In this document: one piece after another, positions 34,648-47,420 of the stretch
Position numbering within the stretch: position 1 is the stretch's first letter
Layout: each line of letters starts with the position of its first letter
From: Microthyrium microscopicum
Lineage: Eukaryota
Length of the DNA: 64,000 nucleotides
Direction: 5' to 3'
NCBI GenBank assembly: GCA_010405405.1
Contig: MU004230.1
Span: forward strand, 2,266,627 to 2,330,626
Position numbers and translations under genes: made by a program
Notes under the pieces: generated by a model
Database searches by the model: none
Seen by the model: the letters and a program-made list of their open reading frames with translations, nothing else
What the model was told of the DNA's origin: nothing

Positions 34648-36538
34648 TGGTATTGGCAGAGTGACTTGATAGTGTTGAATAAGTATGACTGACAGGTGTT
34701 GTTGAACACTGGAGTCTTCGAAAAGCAATTCGATACTTTGTTGCAGTTGTTGCGTAGGCCAAGAACGGTGTGGTTGTGAACTTCCAGGCGAGTTTTAAAG
34801 GCCCAGCAATATAAATAAGGCTGAGGAGGATGATTGAGCGTACAGTAATGCAGTGATAGTGACACAATGCTGCAGCAAGTTAAAGTAGAAATGGCCTTAT
34901 AAAGCAGTGGGTATTGTAAGAACAAGTTGGACTGGTTTAGAAATCAGTAATAGAAGGACAGTAAAAGGGAAAGACTTGATATTGACAGTGGTGTGGTGAG
35001 TGGCCCAGCTCGGAAGCAGTGTTGAGCACATCATCGCTGAGCACGCAATTTTAGCGTTCGGTGGCAGCTTGCACAAAACAACGCCCCCTTAACCAGCATA
35101 TTACAAACCATTAACAGTGAAGGATCCTGGAAACAATGCCTATTAATCCTCTTGATTATAATTACTCTTCATAGATCCTGAGGCTGTGGCCAATGAATTC
35201 AAAGGCACTTTGATTAATAAAGCACACAAAGAACATCATTCCAACAGACGCTTTTGGCAGTCGGAGCATTTTGAATGTTAAATCCGAAAAGAGATCTACC
35301 ACTGGAATCAATGATCGGAAGTATAAGATCTCGGAGACATGCAGTGTTTTGCGTTTGTCAATCTCGTTGTGGTCTTGTGCCTCCAGACTTCCCATGCTCT
35401 TGTATCAAGTATTGGAGCCCATAGGCCTGCTGCGGACTTGTCGATTGAATCGCACTGAGGCCTTGATTGCGAGATCTCATAACTGGGACCGTGTAGGCAA
35501 TAACCTCCGAAGTTTTGAATTTTTAAAAACGTGGCAGGTACCTTTGCTGGTTCAGCTATGTCACCCGCAAGCGCAACTTCACGTCATCATGGGTAAACAC
35601 CCCTGGTGAGACTGCGAGTAGTACCGCCATGAACATGAGATGTATAAATGGTGTACTACTTCCAATAAGCTGGTACAGAGTCGTGTCTTCAAAGCATCTC
35701 GTCTCTGTTTGCTCTCGACACAAGGCACGCCTGTTTGCGATTCAACCTCGCCCACCGACATCGGATGGTATCTTGTAGGCGGCTACATGTACCGGAAACC
35801 AGAGCCATCAGAAAACAATGGGACGACTGGCATTGTGGGGGAGGTGGTGAGGCGAGCAGAGTGGAACACAAACGTCAGTCGTCCAGGACGTGATGTCGCC
35901 ATTCTTAATGCTTGGCGGTGGCGTTTTTATGATCATCGTGATTGGTTGTCGTGTTCCGACTTCAACGAGCCTTTCCTCGTGGCCAGACGGTCCAGCCTTA
36001 CAGTGCATTTTACAGTGCATCAACATGGGTCTAGCCAGCTTTAATCCTGGGGAACCCGGGGTGACTGCCTTGATATGTGGTATATTCACTGACAAGATGA
36101 GGTCTCTATGAAGCAACGATTCCTGCCAAGTACAAGTCATTGAGATCTCACAAAACGAAGAAAGGTACGGAGAACACACAAAATCAACAGCAGTAAGAAA
36201 TTATCATTCGACATACAAATACATTACAATTACAGGCTGTCTCGGCCTGCTTTCCATGTCTTCCTTTTCCATATAAACCAAAACGCCCCATATGAGCCGC
36301 CATCAGCTCATTCACAGAATTCGTGTAACGTGATAGACTCAAATGGCGCCTACTAATGCTGATCTCTTCTATGAGATGATATGCAAATATGAATGCTGTG
36401 AGGATATGTAGAATCGCTTTTCAAACCGCCAGTTCAGTGTCTGGGTACGTCTTGAAAAGATGGAATTTGGAAGAGCCGGAAACGCCAAACAATACGCAAA
36501 CCACTTCTGCACGATCATTCCGGGGTTCCAAGGGATAA

Positions 36539-38386
36539 TTATTGCGATGATGCGAAACCGCCGGGTATCGACTGCTCAATTTCCCCTGAACTCAGACGTT
36601 CGGGCCGTTGTCGGCTGGAGTTGTCATCCGCCGAATCAGTCCCATTTGATTCAGATGCAGTGCCATTGGTTTCCGTCGGCACAAATGGGTCTTCTCCAGA
36701 GCTTTCCTTGCGAGCTCCTCCATGGACTGTGGAAACGCTGTGTCGTGGCGAAGTAACATAATTATCCTGTGTAATACGAGATACTGGAATAACGCCTCCT
36801 GACATACGGTGCCAGAACATGCGCTCGCGGAGTTTGACGTACTCCTCCCATGCAGACTTGATCTCCTCTTCCGAGTCTGCTCGCCAATGACCACCAGATA
36901 CCATGCGCAGGAAGCTGAGCAAGTCGCCGCAAGACCGTAGGCGACCAAGACAGAGGTCGCATAGAGGAAAGCGGCGAGTTTCGCGGTCTTCTGAAATACG
37001 GAATCGATGTTTCCGAGCATGTAATTCTCCAGCGCGATTTTCGCCGCATAGGGAACATTGATTGATTGGGCCGCGAAACTTGACAGGTGGTGGTGGCATA
37101 GGTTCGACAACCAACGAGCCATCAATCATGGCAGTGAGAATTGGCCGACGAACCATCCATGATACTCCTGGAGCGATGTCGAGACGCAAGGTTGGCTCAA
37201 TGTCTTCGGTCAGCGCACGCTTAAAAACCTTGGTTTCACGTAATACTGGTAGTTGAGGTCCAACAGAGGTCCTAGGAGACGAGTTTCCAATTGTATTTGG
37301 GAGGCCTGATATAGCTGACGTTTGGTTTTGATTGGAGGCAGTCGAGCCTGCCGAGTTATTGAGCCCATTGAGACTACTGTAATTGCCGCTTACGACTCTA
37401 CTAGGAGGTGGACTTGCGGCTCGTGCTTGTTTTATCAAAGTCGAGAACTCTTCATACGAGTTTACGTCGGTTCGTAACACAGGTTGGATGAGATGTGAAA
37501 AGTGAAGAGGATGATCAGGTAGAGTCTCTTCTGCGCCTTCGTTTCCAGTAAAATGAGCGCTTTCGAACATCTTGGCCACGCGATCGTTGGCAACAGCTGG
37601 ACTTGAAGGTGGGTTTGTTGAGGAGCGGGTTACACTTTCTCCGTCGCCATGTTCCGAAGTCATCTTTTCGAGAACACTCTTCAAATCTTGGAGTTGATCC
37701 TGATGAGACTGTAATAGGACCTCCGAGTCTTGTAGTTGGATCTTGAGGTGCTCAATCTTCTTGTCCGACACTTCTTTTGCTCTCCGCGCATCCGCAACCA
37801 TGGTATTTGCTTCAGTGAATAAAGCGGATGTGAGAGTTTCTAGTTCCATTTCCATGTCTTTTTTTTCCTGCTCAGCCTTCAGTCTCAGCTCACGTTCCGA
37901 CGATAGAGTTGCTTCTGTCTCTCTCTGGAGTGTAGTGTGCTTTTGCTCAAAATCAGCTGTGATCTTATTCTGCTGCTGCATATTTTCCAAATTCAAGTCT
38001 GACATGATCTTTGCTTCGCGACGTTGAATATCTGTCTTTGTGACTAGTAGACCACATTGTAATTTAGCCGCATGATCCTTCTCGTTGGCTTCAAGCTCCT
38101 CGATGCGCTTTCTCGCTCGTTCTAGTTCGAGTTTGGTCTGCTGTAGGGTATCATCTAGACTGGCTTGATGGTTTATGGCGTCCACCAGCTTGTCGCTCAA
38201 CTTGGATAGTTCTTCATTTACGTCGCCATTTGTGCTATCTACAACAGAGTCGTTTCGTGACACGGTCGATGCGCTGCTCGGTGTACGTGGATCGGGATTT
38301 AGATTGAGCATGTCGGGCTCTGGAGGAAAGGTGTCGTCGCGAGGCGGAAGTGGAGGGGGTGCGGGTTTTGCTACGACGGTGGCCAT
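36539..38386 (-). CDS. SEC2: Rab GDP/GTP exchange factor Sec2
   Basis: ELETLTSALFTEANTMVADAR coiled coil, EDIEPTLRLDIAPGVSW, CSLCG...LCDLC...C and LRERMFW. The start is placed at MATVVAKP. Confidence 0.9.
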   Translation of the reverse strand: MATVVAKPAPPPLPPRDDTFPPEPDMLNLNPDPRTPSSASTVSRNDSVVDSTNGDVNEELSKLSDKLVDAINHQASLDDTLQQTKLELERARKRIEELEANEKDHAAKLQCGLLVTKTDIQRREAKIMSDLNLENMQQQNKITADFEQKHTTLQRETEATLSSERELRLKAEQEKKDMEMELETLTSALFTEANTMVADARRAKEVSDKKIEHLKIQLQDSEVLLQSHQDQLQDLKSVLEKMTSEHGDGESVTRSSTNPPSSPAVANDRVAKMFESAHFTGNEGAEETLPDHPLHFSHLIQPVLRTDVNSYEEFSTLIKQARAASPPPSRVVSGNYSSLNGLNNSAGSTASNQNQTSAISGLPNTIGNSSPRTSVGPQLPVLRETKVFKRALTEDIEPTLRLDIAPGVSWMVRRPILTAMIDGSLVVEPMPPPPVKFRGPINQCSLCGENRAGELHARKHRFRISEDRETRRFPLCDLCLGRLRSCGDLLSFLRMVSGGHWRADSEEEIKSAWEEYVKLRERMFWHRMSGGVIPVSRITQDNYVTSPRHSVSTVHGGARKESSGEDPFVPTETNGTASESNGTDSADDNSSRQRPERLSSGEIEQSIPGGFASSQ

Positions 38387-39327
38387 GGTAGTCAAATCAG
38401 GAGTTGATTGTGATGGATGAAGACTCGATCTGAGAGGATGAGACTCTCTTTGTGCGGATTGAGAACGGGCACGAGTAGTAGGGAGAAAGCGAGAAGAAGA
38501 ATCTCTCCAGAATAGGAAACTGAGAGTGAGGCCAGGATTAGCTTTTTCCTTGACTACAATGAGTCGTGGTGACAAAGAACAGGGTTGGCGCAATGATGCG
38601 TACAAACGGCAGGCGTAGAGAACAAAGGAGAAGCCGTGACTGAATGATATAAAGAGTAGAAATGGGCGTACTTTGGAAGTTTTGCAGGTGTGTCGACTTG
38701 CGGCGACTGTACAGCAAGAGGTTGCTGCATTGGATGCGGATGTGCGGCGTGGAGGGTGAGGGTGAGGAATGATGTGTTGGTCAGCTAGTTGGCTAGGGGC
38801 TCCTAGAGGCGAGGAGCTGTTAGGAAAGTGGATGATGCGGTTTGTATCATGATACCCGTGTACTGTTCCGTACCGAAGATCAAGATAGAGATAGGCGGAA
38901 GGAGAGGAGGATGAATTAAAAGAAGCAGAGTAGTAGGAAGGAAGAGTGGAATTAAGCGGAAGCGGCCGTTGATGGAAAAGGTAAGGTTCTTAGGATGTTG
39001 CTGGGGAAAGGCACGAAGGGCAGTCGCGGAAGGCGCATGCAGCAAGTGCCTGCAACGTTCCTACCTCAGGCTCCTGTCGCTCCTGCTGCGTATTTCGCAC
39101 AGCAAGCGCAATACGTTGACGTGGAAGGCGCAACCTTCAAATAATGTATCCGTAGGGTACTCTTACCTCCTACATTCCTACTGATCTTTGATACTGCACT
39201 CCGAACATTCAACTCCAATGCCGAGAATACATAATTGCAATTCTATCTAGCATCTTTTGTCTGTTCGTTGTCAAGGCTGCCAATTGTTCCAAGGCCAACG
39301 AGCCAGTTCATTTCATCCTGTGATCCA

Positions 39328-39556
39328 CCGTAGCTTTCGCATCAAATGCAGGTTTGATTAACCGCTTTTGGCAATCCCAAATTTGGGATGACCAATATCT
39401 TTCACCAATGATAAGTAGAGGATTAATTTCACGTGTGAACAAAAGTTAGCGCTAGGTAAGGTCCCCTAGGGTCCCCTAAAATTACTAAGTAGTAAGCCCA
39501 AATTTGGGATTGCCAAAAGCGGTTAATCAAACCTGCATTTGATGCGAAAGCTACGG
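39328..39556. mobile_element. MITE, 229 bp, perfect 60-bp TIRs
   Basis: 39328-39387 (CCGTAGCTTTCGCATC...CCCAAATTTGGG) is the exact reverse complement of 39497-39556. CA flanks both sides. Confidence 0.88.
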
Positions 39557-40974
39557 CACTTGGACGTTGCACCACTACTGTCTCACGGATGCTGCACGAC
39601 CAAGCAAATACGCCTACAAGTCAAGTCTATCAAAAAAGCAAACTCCAATCCTACATCAACTGTTTTTCGTCATGCATTATGCATTGTACTGGTTACCGTC
39701 ATATTTCCTTTCTATCCACCCTCGCCTTCATCTATATATCCTAAGAACTGAGGAAATATGTCTTCTTCCCCCTTTTCAATCATCATCATCATTTGCAATC
39801 TCGCCTCACCTTCGACATAGCCACCACCAATCTACACCAGCACTGACCTCTGAACTTTGTTTGTCAATGTTTGACCTGTGATCTGCTCAAGCACTCTGCA
39901 CTCGTCCATCCTGATTTGTTTGGCCTAATGCAAACTCCACAAAGAGCGCAATGCACTGCTGCTTAAAATACACATCTTAATCCTCCGTCTCCCAACCACT
40001 CTCAATATTCCAATATCAATCTTAGACCCATCTAGCCCCATGCAATTCTACAGCAGATTTACCCTCGATTGAGGCTCTTTTCATGGCTCGTATTCGTTAT
40101 CCGAGCAAATAGCTCAGCCGGATCTCTGTCGAAGCCTACAGCCACCGATTCTGGTTCTGCGAGATCATGTTCGTTTCGTTTACTTCAATGCCCTTACTGA
40201 CGTACTCTTCCGACCCGTCCGCCCAACAGAAACGTCAGCTACCTCGAAACTTATTACCTCTGACACTTTTAATATAGGGCAGGCATCTGCAAGACAATAT
40301 CTAAATTGAGAGCGACCTTGATGTTGCTCTTTCTGATCTTTGCTCTGCTAACCTAAGGGCTCTCACAATTACAACTTCATATGGTAAAAGTGAACTTATA
40401 CATATATTCAAAGCTCTTCTGGATTGCCCTTTGGCTCACATGGAAAAAGAAAACTATCACAGTTGATCCGCGGGATGGATAGTTGTGAATTTTTGAATCA
40501 GGGGTAGTATTGATCACTCTTGTAGAGAAACTTAGATCATGCTTTGGTGATACGTACTGTTTCCCCTGGGTTCATAGCAAACAACAAAGATAGCGGTATG
40601 CATCGCCAGCAGGTAGAGAGTAGTAGCGTAAGGACATATCTATGTACTAGTGCCGCTTTTGAGATGGCAAAGGGTAGTCTCATGGATTGAGATATTCCCT
40701 AAATCAATCACGTTTGCATCATGCATGGTGCTCACTCTTCCCGCAGTTATCGAAATGGAACAACCGGCCGGAACGATTCACTAGATGGTAAAGTTGCTGC
40801 TGAGTCCAAATTTGCACATCTCTGTTAGTATAAAACATTTCAGCATTTGGCTATCAAAATCATATCATCATCATATCAACCGCACCATACAACAAACCTC
40901 CGTTATACAACACAATCAAACTAGACCACAACACAATCGAAACAGAACAGCTCAATCCACCTCCGCTCGTCAAA

Positions 40975-42003
40975 ATGTCTTGGTTCCAAGGAACTTTCGC
41001 CGCCCGGCGAGCCGAAGATATCACCCTCCAACGCATGATGTACCAATACATGCAGCGTGAAGGCATATCCCCCGAGGCCGCTCAAATCACCGCCTCGTCC
41101 GTCTTTTCCATTGACACTATCAAGGCCAACTTGAGCCTCGCAAATGTCTCGCCCAGTGCCGTCAGCCAAGCCGATCTCCACGATCATGTCCAAGCACTCA
41201 TTGAGGATCTCGCAACAGGGCCTAATATCCTCCACGGATGTGACCGCGCAGCCTACCTGCGCATCACTAGCCATGCCATCCAGCCGATTGCTCGACAACT
41301 CCTTGAGGCTGTGCCGCCTAGAGTTGCGCAGCAACTGAATAGACTCGGCATACACTTGCAGATGGGACGGCTGACTGTAGAAGAGACGAGAAATGCGAGC
41401 CGGGGAATGAGTGAATCTGGCCGCTTGGCTGTTGGTAGTAGCTCAGGACGCTCGCGGTATCAGGAAGCTGAAGAGGAAGAGGAAGAGGAGGAGGAGGATC
41501 CTGGTCAATTGACTGAACAGAACCTAAAGGCACAGCGCATGATCGAGTGGCACAAGAATGAAGACCGCAAGAAAAGTAACAGCGGTCGGAATCAGACACC
41601 GTCTGTTGCGAGCACGACTACTAGAAAGAAATCCATGGGCTTGTATGATGGTAGTGATGTTGGCAAGAATCGACCGCCTGCTGCTGCTTCTGGCCGAACG
41701 CCGAGCAACTCTGGCCGTATACCAAGTAACTCTGGTCGAACACCAAGCAATTCTGGTCGGACACCGAGCAACTCGGGCCGCGCGCCAGCTGAGGGCGCAA
41801 CTCGCCGCTCACAAGGCTTGTACGATGGCAGCGATACTGGACGAAAGCCATATAGAGGTCGTTCTGTGGAGCGCGACGTGGAGGGTTTGGGTGCAGTGCG
41901 GCCTTCGGACTCGATATCGACTGCTTCTTCTTCTCGTGGAGGAACTAAGTCCAAGCCCAAGGTCCGCTTTGGGGGCAACCAGATGGGCAATATTCCAGAG
42001 TAG
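40975..42003 (+). CDS. Uncharacterised protein, paralog A (folded N-domain plus Ser/Arg/Gly-rich tail)
   Basis: 342-aa intronless ORF, TATAAAA at 40829-40835, clear similarity to 42914..44116. Confidence 0.8.
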   Translation: MSWFQGTFAARRAEDITLQRMMYQYMQREGISPEAAQITASSVFSIDTIKANLSLANVSPSAVSQADLHDHVQALIEDLATGPNILHGCDRAAYLRITSHAIQPIARQLLEAVPPRVAQQLNRLGIHLQMGRLTVEETRNASRGMSESGRLAVGSSSGRSRYQEAEEEEEEEEEDPGQLTEQNLKAQRMIEWHKNEDRKKSNSGRNQTPSVASTTTRKKSMGLYDGSDVGKNRPPAAASGRTPSNSGRIPSNSGRTPSNSGRTPSNSGRAPAEGATRRSQGLYDGSDTGRKPYRGRSVERDVEGLGAVRPSDSISTASSSRGGTKSKPKVRFGGNQMGNIPE

Positions 42004-42913
42004 GATGGCTTGATGATATGGTACTCTGGCTGTGCTTTTCTTGTCAAGAAAAGCACAATGGAAGGTACATATGTGTACACTTCTGATTAGATTGATAGTA
42101 TAATGTTTAGACTATCGTAATATAGATGATTCAATATCAATTATGAAATTACGACTTTGCTACACCTTAGGTAGCAAAGAAGCCTATGTTTCGCTATAAC
42201 ATTCCTAACGTCTCGTGCTTTCAGGAAGTGACATCTTGAACACAGCGCTTCGGCGTATAATACCTAAGTTGCGGTGACTATCGGATTTGAAGGAGTCACC
42301 TTTATAACCTTGTGATTCTTTTTGACATTACCGTGTCCACAGCCAAGCAATTGCTCTCAAAGCAGTGAATATCATTTGTAATTACTAACATGTCCAGCAA
42401 CCTGCGCTCCTTGAATTGTCACCAAACATCCGATCAAACTTAAAATTCACAAGCCTGGCTTAGTCCCTGTAATGGAGGACAATAAAGATCTTTTGTATTG
42501 CCTATTGATCTATCGGCATCAATGAACAGGGTAACCGGATAATTCAGCCTCGATCCAGGTATATTTCGCGCCTCGACGCTTTTTGAGGTAGGCCTCAGGC
42601 GTATGAATACTAAAGTTGACCATATGCGGCAGTACGTTCACCTGTATATCAAGCCTCGTGCTGATAATCCGCGTATATATCGAGGTAGAGAAAGCCTCTG
42701 TCAAGTCACTCAGCATGTAGTCACTGCTGCAATATCGAGATTTCCTAAATCTTCGTTAATATAAAACGCCAACCAGCCAGCTACTGATATCGCATCTATC
42801 AAACCAACAGTCCATCATTACACTCTGCCAACATCAGCGTCGAAAACCTCGAATTTCAAAACCCACCGTTGCATCCACGACACTGCTAAAAATCAACCCA
42901 AGTTCTCACCAAA

Positions 42914-44116
42914 ATGTCTCTATACGCGAACACCTTCGGTGGCCTGAATGCCCAAGTCGACACTATTGACCGTATGGCGCGCGATTTCCGTCGTGAACAT
43001 GGCATGAGCCCGGAAGGCGCCCAATACGCTGCGTCTTCGCAGTTTCTGATCGATACTATCAAGGCTCTCATGAGCTATGCAAATGTCTCTCCATCAGCCA
43101 CTACAGGTTCTTCAATCGTTGAAAATGTTGAGGGTCTCATGTTTGACCTATCTACCGCACCCAACATCCTTCACGGCCACGATCGCGAGGTATATATCCG
43201 AGTCACGAACCATAATCTGCAGCCGATTGCCTCCCAGCTAATCAACGCGGTCCCACCCAATGTCGCAGAGCAGCTGCGCAGATTAGGAATACAGCACGGT
43301 ATGGGCCGGGCTACTCGGGACGACGCTCATGCTATCAGTCGCCAGCAGAGTGAGGCGGGTCGTGTAGCAGTTGGAAGCAGCACTGGGCGGACTCACCTTG
43401 GATCGACCTCTGGGCGCTCTCGTGCAGGAACGTCCTACAGCCGTTCGTCGGCTCGCACCGATGACCAGCGAATGCTTGAGTGGCAAGACCATGCATCTAC
43501 TACCAGCCGACGGACCTCGAGTAGTCGAACACATGGCTTCGTCGAGGAAGGCTCCGTGGTGAGCTCTCGTGCGCCCTCTCAGAGTACTCGCGCACCGACT
43601 CAAATCACTCGCGCGCCATCTCGAAGCTCGGCCAGCATCTATGGTAGCAGAAGTAGCAGCATCTCACGAGACACCCATCACCTCCCATCCAGCGAAACCG
43701 TGGCATCTCGTGTCTCCGACCAGTCTGGCACTACAGTGACGCCTGGTATTTACGGTGGGAGCCAGGTGAGCCGCAGCTCAGTGCCTCGCACCTCACACTC
43801 GCGCAACTCGCACACTTCGAGCGGCGAGCGCGATCTGTCCGAACTTGGCACCATAAGCCCACACGATTCTATCTCGGTGGCGCCTACACGAGTGTCGAAG
43901 TCTGGGTCCTCATCCAGCAAATCGCATGCGAGCAAGTCGCACGTAAGTGAGTCGCATGCTGGCAAGTCAACTTCAAGCAAATCGCACGCAAGCGAATTGC
44001 ATGCTGGCAAGTCGAGCTCAAGCAAAGCCAAGTCGACTAAATCGCATGCGAGCCAGTCTCACGCACGACGCCGTAGTCGAAATGACCCGATGCTCGCTAT
44101 CCAAGAGGACCAGTAG
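42914..44116 (+). CDS. Uncharacterised protein, paralog B
   Basis: 400-aa intronless ORF, TATAAAA at 42760-42766. Shares IDTIKA, ANVSPSA, PNILHGxDR, AVPPxVA, GRxAVGSSxGR and PxDSIS with paralog A. Confidence 0.8.
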   Translation: MSLYANTFGGLNAQVDTIDRMARDFRREHGMSPEGAQYAASSQFLIDTIKALMSYANVSPSATTGSSIVENVEGLMFDLSTAPNILHGHDREVYIRVTNHNLQPIASQLINAVPPNVAEQLRRLGIQHGMGRATRDDAHAISRQQSEAGRVAVGSSTGRTHLGSTSGRSRAGTSYSRSSARTDDQRMLEWQDHASTTSRRTSSSRTHGFVEEGSVVSSRAPSQSTRAPTQITRAPSRSSASIYGSRSSSISRDTHHLPSSETVASRVSDQSGTTVTPGIYGGSQVSRSSVPRTSHSRNSHTSSGERDLSELGTISPHDSISVAPTRVSKSGSSSSKSHASKSHVSESHAGKSTSSKSHASELHAGKSSSSKAKSTKSHASQSHARRRSRNDPMLAIQEDQ

Positions 44117-45227
44117 AAATCGCGCATGGAGACGATTGGGCATCACTCGAGGTTCTGGAAGAAAGCAAAAGTGAAGGCAAAGTGGCTAGGACTGATATAA
44201 GAATTAACGGACAGAGGCTGATGAGAGATAGAGGATAGCTTTTGAGGAAATGATATATCGCCCAATTCTTTCAAGACTCATCATGAGAATGGTTGATTAA
44301 TGCTCAGCCCCTATTCGAGATGAATAGCCAAAACCCTACAAATAAATACTACTTAGGTAATTGTGTACTTGTCAATATTAGTGAGTTAGTCTATCTCATT
44401 CGATTCTATCTCTACGTATATCAAGAAGTGTTTACCCTCCTTTTCCAAATCAGAATGTTTACAGTTTCCAAACACTCCATCGTCACGAAGCTTTGGTACC
44501 CAAAACAAACGTAAACAGCACAGAGCTCGCACAGTACCAGTGAACAGGTACCATAGTGCCCATCGAACTGCATACAATGAAACGATGTTTGTGTGAGGCC
44601 TGTCAAACCACACTTCAACACTAGACTTTGCAAGATCAATGACTACACGCGAGTCATGGTGTAAGTCCATAAAGAGATCCCATAAACAGCTAATCATATG
44701 AAGTAATGTTTAAAGAATCACAGAAATCAACCGTTTAAGGAAGAAGGTACCTACCAACCCGGAAGCGTATCCATCCGCAAATCCTCGACGAAAAGGACAC
44801 CTCCCTTCTACGATCACATGAAGTTAGTGATCCCAGTCAAGATCCGTATGATAGACCCTTGATCACCATGTGGAGATCCAAAAAAGACACGAGGCCGCGA
44901 AAACACGCGAAAAAGACAAAAAGTCTGGGACCAGTTTCAAAACGTGCCAGTTCACGACTCATGTGTCATGCAGTAAGGGGGCCATGCAGGATATCGGGAC
45001 CAAAAGTCAATGCTATCGGCAACAATGATCAGATATTGTCTTGCCCAGAGTATGAGGAGATCAAAAGCAGTTGAACAAAAGAGATGAATTTTCCTCGAAT
45101 ATCTATCTAGCAATGAAAGGCTTCATGCAAAACTCCACACATGCCTGCGCTATCAAAACCCCTGTAGTTTGATGCTACAGCAAGAAAGTGCATTCTATCC
45201 TACTTAGGAATACTACATCAACAACGT

Positions 45228-47420
45228 CTATGCTACCGGATCGCCTGTGGGTCCTTGAGGAATCGGTAAACCACCCGCCCCAGGCGGCTCACGAGGACCG
45301 GGTAATATGGATGCCTCTGGCAGCTTTATAGGCGTGTCCGGTATACCTTTGAGTGTCTCCGGTAGTTTCTCCCCTCTGATGACTATCTCCATCTCGTCCT
45401 TGCCCAGCGTTTCGTACTCGACGAGCGCGTTGGCCAGGCGATCGAGCTCCTTGCGTTTGGCGTGGAGTAAGGCTTCGGCGCGATCTCTACTCTCGTCTAT
45501 TAAGCGTTTGACCTCTTGCCATATTAGCTGTTTAGTCTCTGGAGGAAGTCGTCCGTAATCGCTGTGTAGGTCCACGTTGCCTATTGCCGGTGACATTCCG
45601 AGTTGAGTGACCATCGCGTATGCGACAGATGTCGCCCTTTCAATATCACTTGACGCACCACCTGTCGTCGCATCGGGTCCATATATGATTTCCTCTGCGA
45701 TTTTGCCGCCCATGCACACATCCAACATTGCCATGTATTCCCGCTTTGCCATTGAGACTTTGTCCATTTCCGGGAGCTGAAAGGTGATACCAAGAGCATG
45801 GCCTCGAGGCATAATGGTGGCTTTGTACAATGGATCCGCGAAAGGTGTAAACATGGCCACCAGCGCATGGCCACCTTCGTGGTACGCTGTCATAACTTTG
45901 TCTTTCTGTTGAATGAAAAAGCTTGTGCGTTCCGCGCCCATGAGGATTTTGTCTTTCGCCCATTCAAAGTCAACCATTTCGATTTGAGATGCTCGTCTTT
46001 TACTGGCATGGACTGCGGCAGTATTCGTAAGGTTTTCAAGCTCGGCGCCGGAGAACCCTGGCGTACCGCGAGCTAGAACCGAAGGATCCACGTTTTGACC
46101 AATGCTCATTTTCTTCATGTAAAAGTCCAGGATAGCAATACGACCACGCACGTCCGGCAGGCCCACTACAACCTGACGATCGAAGCGTCCAGGACGTGTC
46201 AAAGCTTTGTCTAGTAGTTCGGGAAAGTTGGTCGCGGCAAGGAAAATAACACCAGAGCTCTGGTTGAATCCATCAAGATCAGTCAGAAGTTGGTTGAGGG
46301 TTTGTTTCGAATATGCAGCGTCTCTCTCATTGCGCTTGCCACCAACAGCATCCAGTTCATCAATGAAGACAATAGCTGGTGCTTTCGCTCGGGCTGCATT
46401 GAACAATTCTCTTACGCGCTTAGCACCAACACCGACATAGACCTCGTCGAACTCTGAGCCAGACATGTAGAAGAATGGGACTCCAGCTTCACCTGCCACG
46501 GCACGCGCAAGCAGTGTTTTGCCAGTTCCTGGAGGACCAACAAGTAGAACACCTTTGGGTAGTTTGCCTCCAAGTGTCGCATACTTGTCAGGGGATTTCA
46601 AAAAGTCAACTATTTCTTGAAGTTCTTCCTTTGCCTCGTCACAACCATGGACATCCGAGAATCGCGTCTTTTGCACTTCAGGCTTGGCTTCAGATCCCTT
46701 GCCACCCATTTTACGCAAGAGGCCTCCGGCCTCTGTTGCTGCAAGGAACATAGTGACTACAACATAGAAGCTCCAGATCGAAAAGCAGAAGGCAAGAAGA
46801 AACCTAACCCATCGAAAGATAACAAGCGCGGTAGACTCTGAAAGTACAACGTGAACCGGGTTCTTTTGTGATCCAGCACCAACTTCAGCAGTGGAAGCAT
46901 TCGCGCCGGATGCTTGCGCCGCCACAGATTTGACGATTCCTGAGAGATTTGAACTTTGCATACCATCGGACTTTGCTGGAGCAGTATTCACACGATCTAC
47001 CGCTCGAAGGTATAATGATTCGCATGCCTGGTTGCTTGCAAAGGCATCCGACTCGTACCGCTGGACGACCACGTCAGATCGATTGGCTCGAAGAAGGGCA
47101 GAATAGAACGCATGCTGGGCCGTCGCGCTTCGAGGATTATTGTTTGCGGTTTGTTCCAGATGTGCCAGATGACTATTAGACGTTGTGGAGGATTGGGAGG
47201 ACGAGCCCCATAGCTGACGACGTTGAACAAATGATGGCGATCGTTGTAGCGATATCCGAAATGGCGTTAACGCTGAGGAGAAGAGTCGGCGACCGGTATG
47301 TTGTTGTTGGGACTGAATCAGTGGTTTAAGAAATGCTATGGGAGAAAGCATGTATGGATTTCTTGAGATCCCAGTCACCACCTGATGGCGAAATACGCTG
47401 GTTATGGGATTGAAGGCCAT
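45228..47420 (-). CDS. YME1: Mitochondrial i-AAA protease (FtsH family)
   Basis: [31 protein letters not shown] (HExxH) and a TM segment. Confidence 0.95.
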   Translation of the reverse strand: MAFNPITSVFRHQVVTGISRNPYMLSPIAFLKPLIQSQQQHTGRRLFSSALTPFRISLQRSPSFVQRRQLWGSSSQSSTTSNSHLAHLEQTANNNPRSATAQHAFYSALLRANRSDVVVQRYESDAFASNQACESLYLRAVDRVNTAPAKSDGMQSSNLSGIVKSVAAQASGANASTAEVGAGSQKNPVHVVLSESTALVIFRWVRFLLAFCFSIWSFYVVVTMFLAATEAGGLLRKMGGKGSEAKPEVQKTRFSDVHGCDEAKEELQEIVDFLKSPDKYATLGGKLPKGVLLVGPPGTGKTLLARAVAGEAGVPFFYMSGSEFDEVYVGVGAKRVRELFNAARAKAPAIVFIDELDAVGGKRNERDAAYSKQTLNQLLTDLDGFNQSSGVIFLAATNFPELLDKALTRPGRFDRQVVVGLPDVRGRIAILDFYMKKMSIGQNVDPSVLARGTPGFSGAELENLTNTAAVHASKRRASQIEMVDFEWAKDKILMGAERTSFFIQQKDKVMTAYHEGGHALVAMFTPFADPLYKATIMPRGHALGITFQLPEMDKVSMAKREYMAMLDVCMGGKIAEEIIYGPDATTGGASSDIERATSVAYAMVTQLGMSPAIGNVDLHSDYGRLPPETKQLIWQEVKRLIDESRDRAEALLHAKRKELDRLANALVEYETLGKDEMEIVIRGEKLPETLKGIPDTPIKLPEASILPGPREPPGAGGLPIPQGPTGDPVA

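Noticed and set aside
35162..36179. Several 60-134 aa ORFs between MET16 and SEC2
   Set aside because: No motif, splice structure or consistent strand.
38387..38605. Longer N-terminus of SEC2 in the ORF track (also the extended starts at 26359, 30807 and 51801)
   Set aside because: These begin at non-ATG codons in UTR-like sequence, so downstream ATGs were preferred.
39860..40560. Possible decayed gene downstream of the MITE
   Set aside because: Fragments look vaguely coding but are full of stops and match nothing I can identify.
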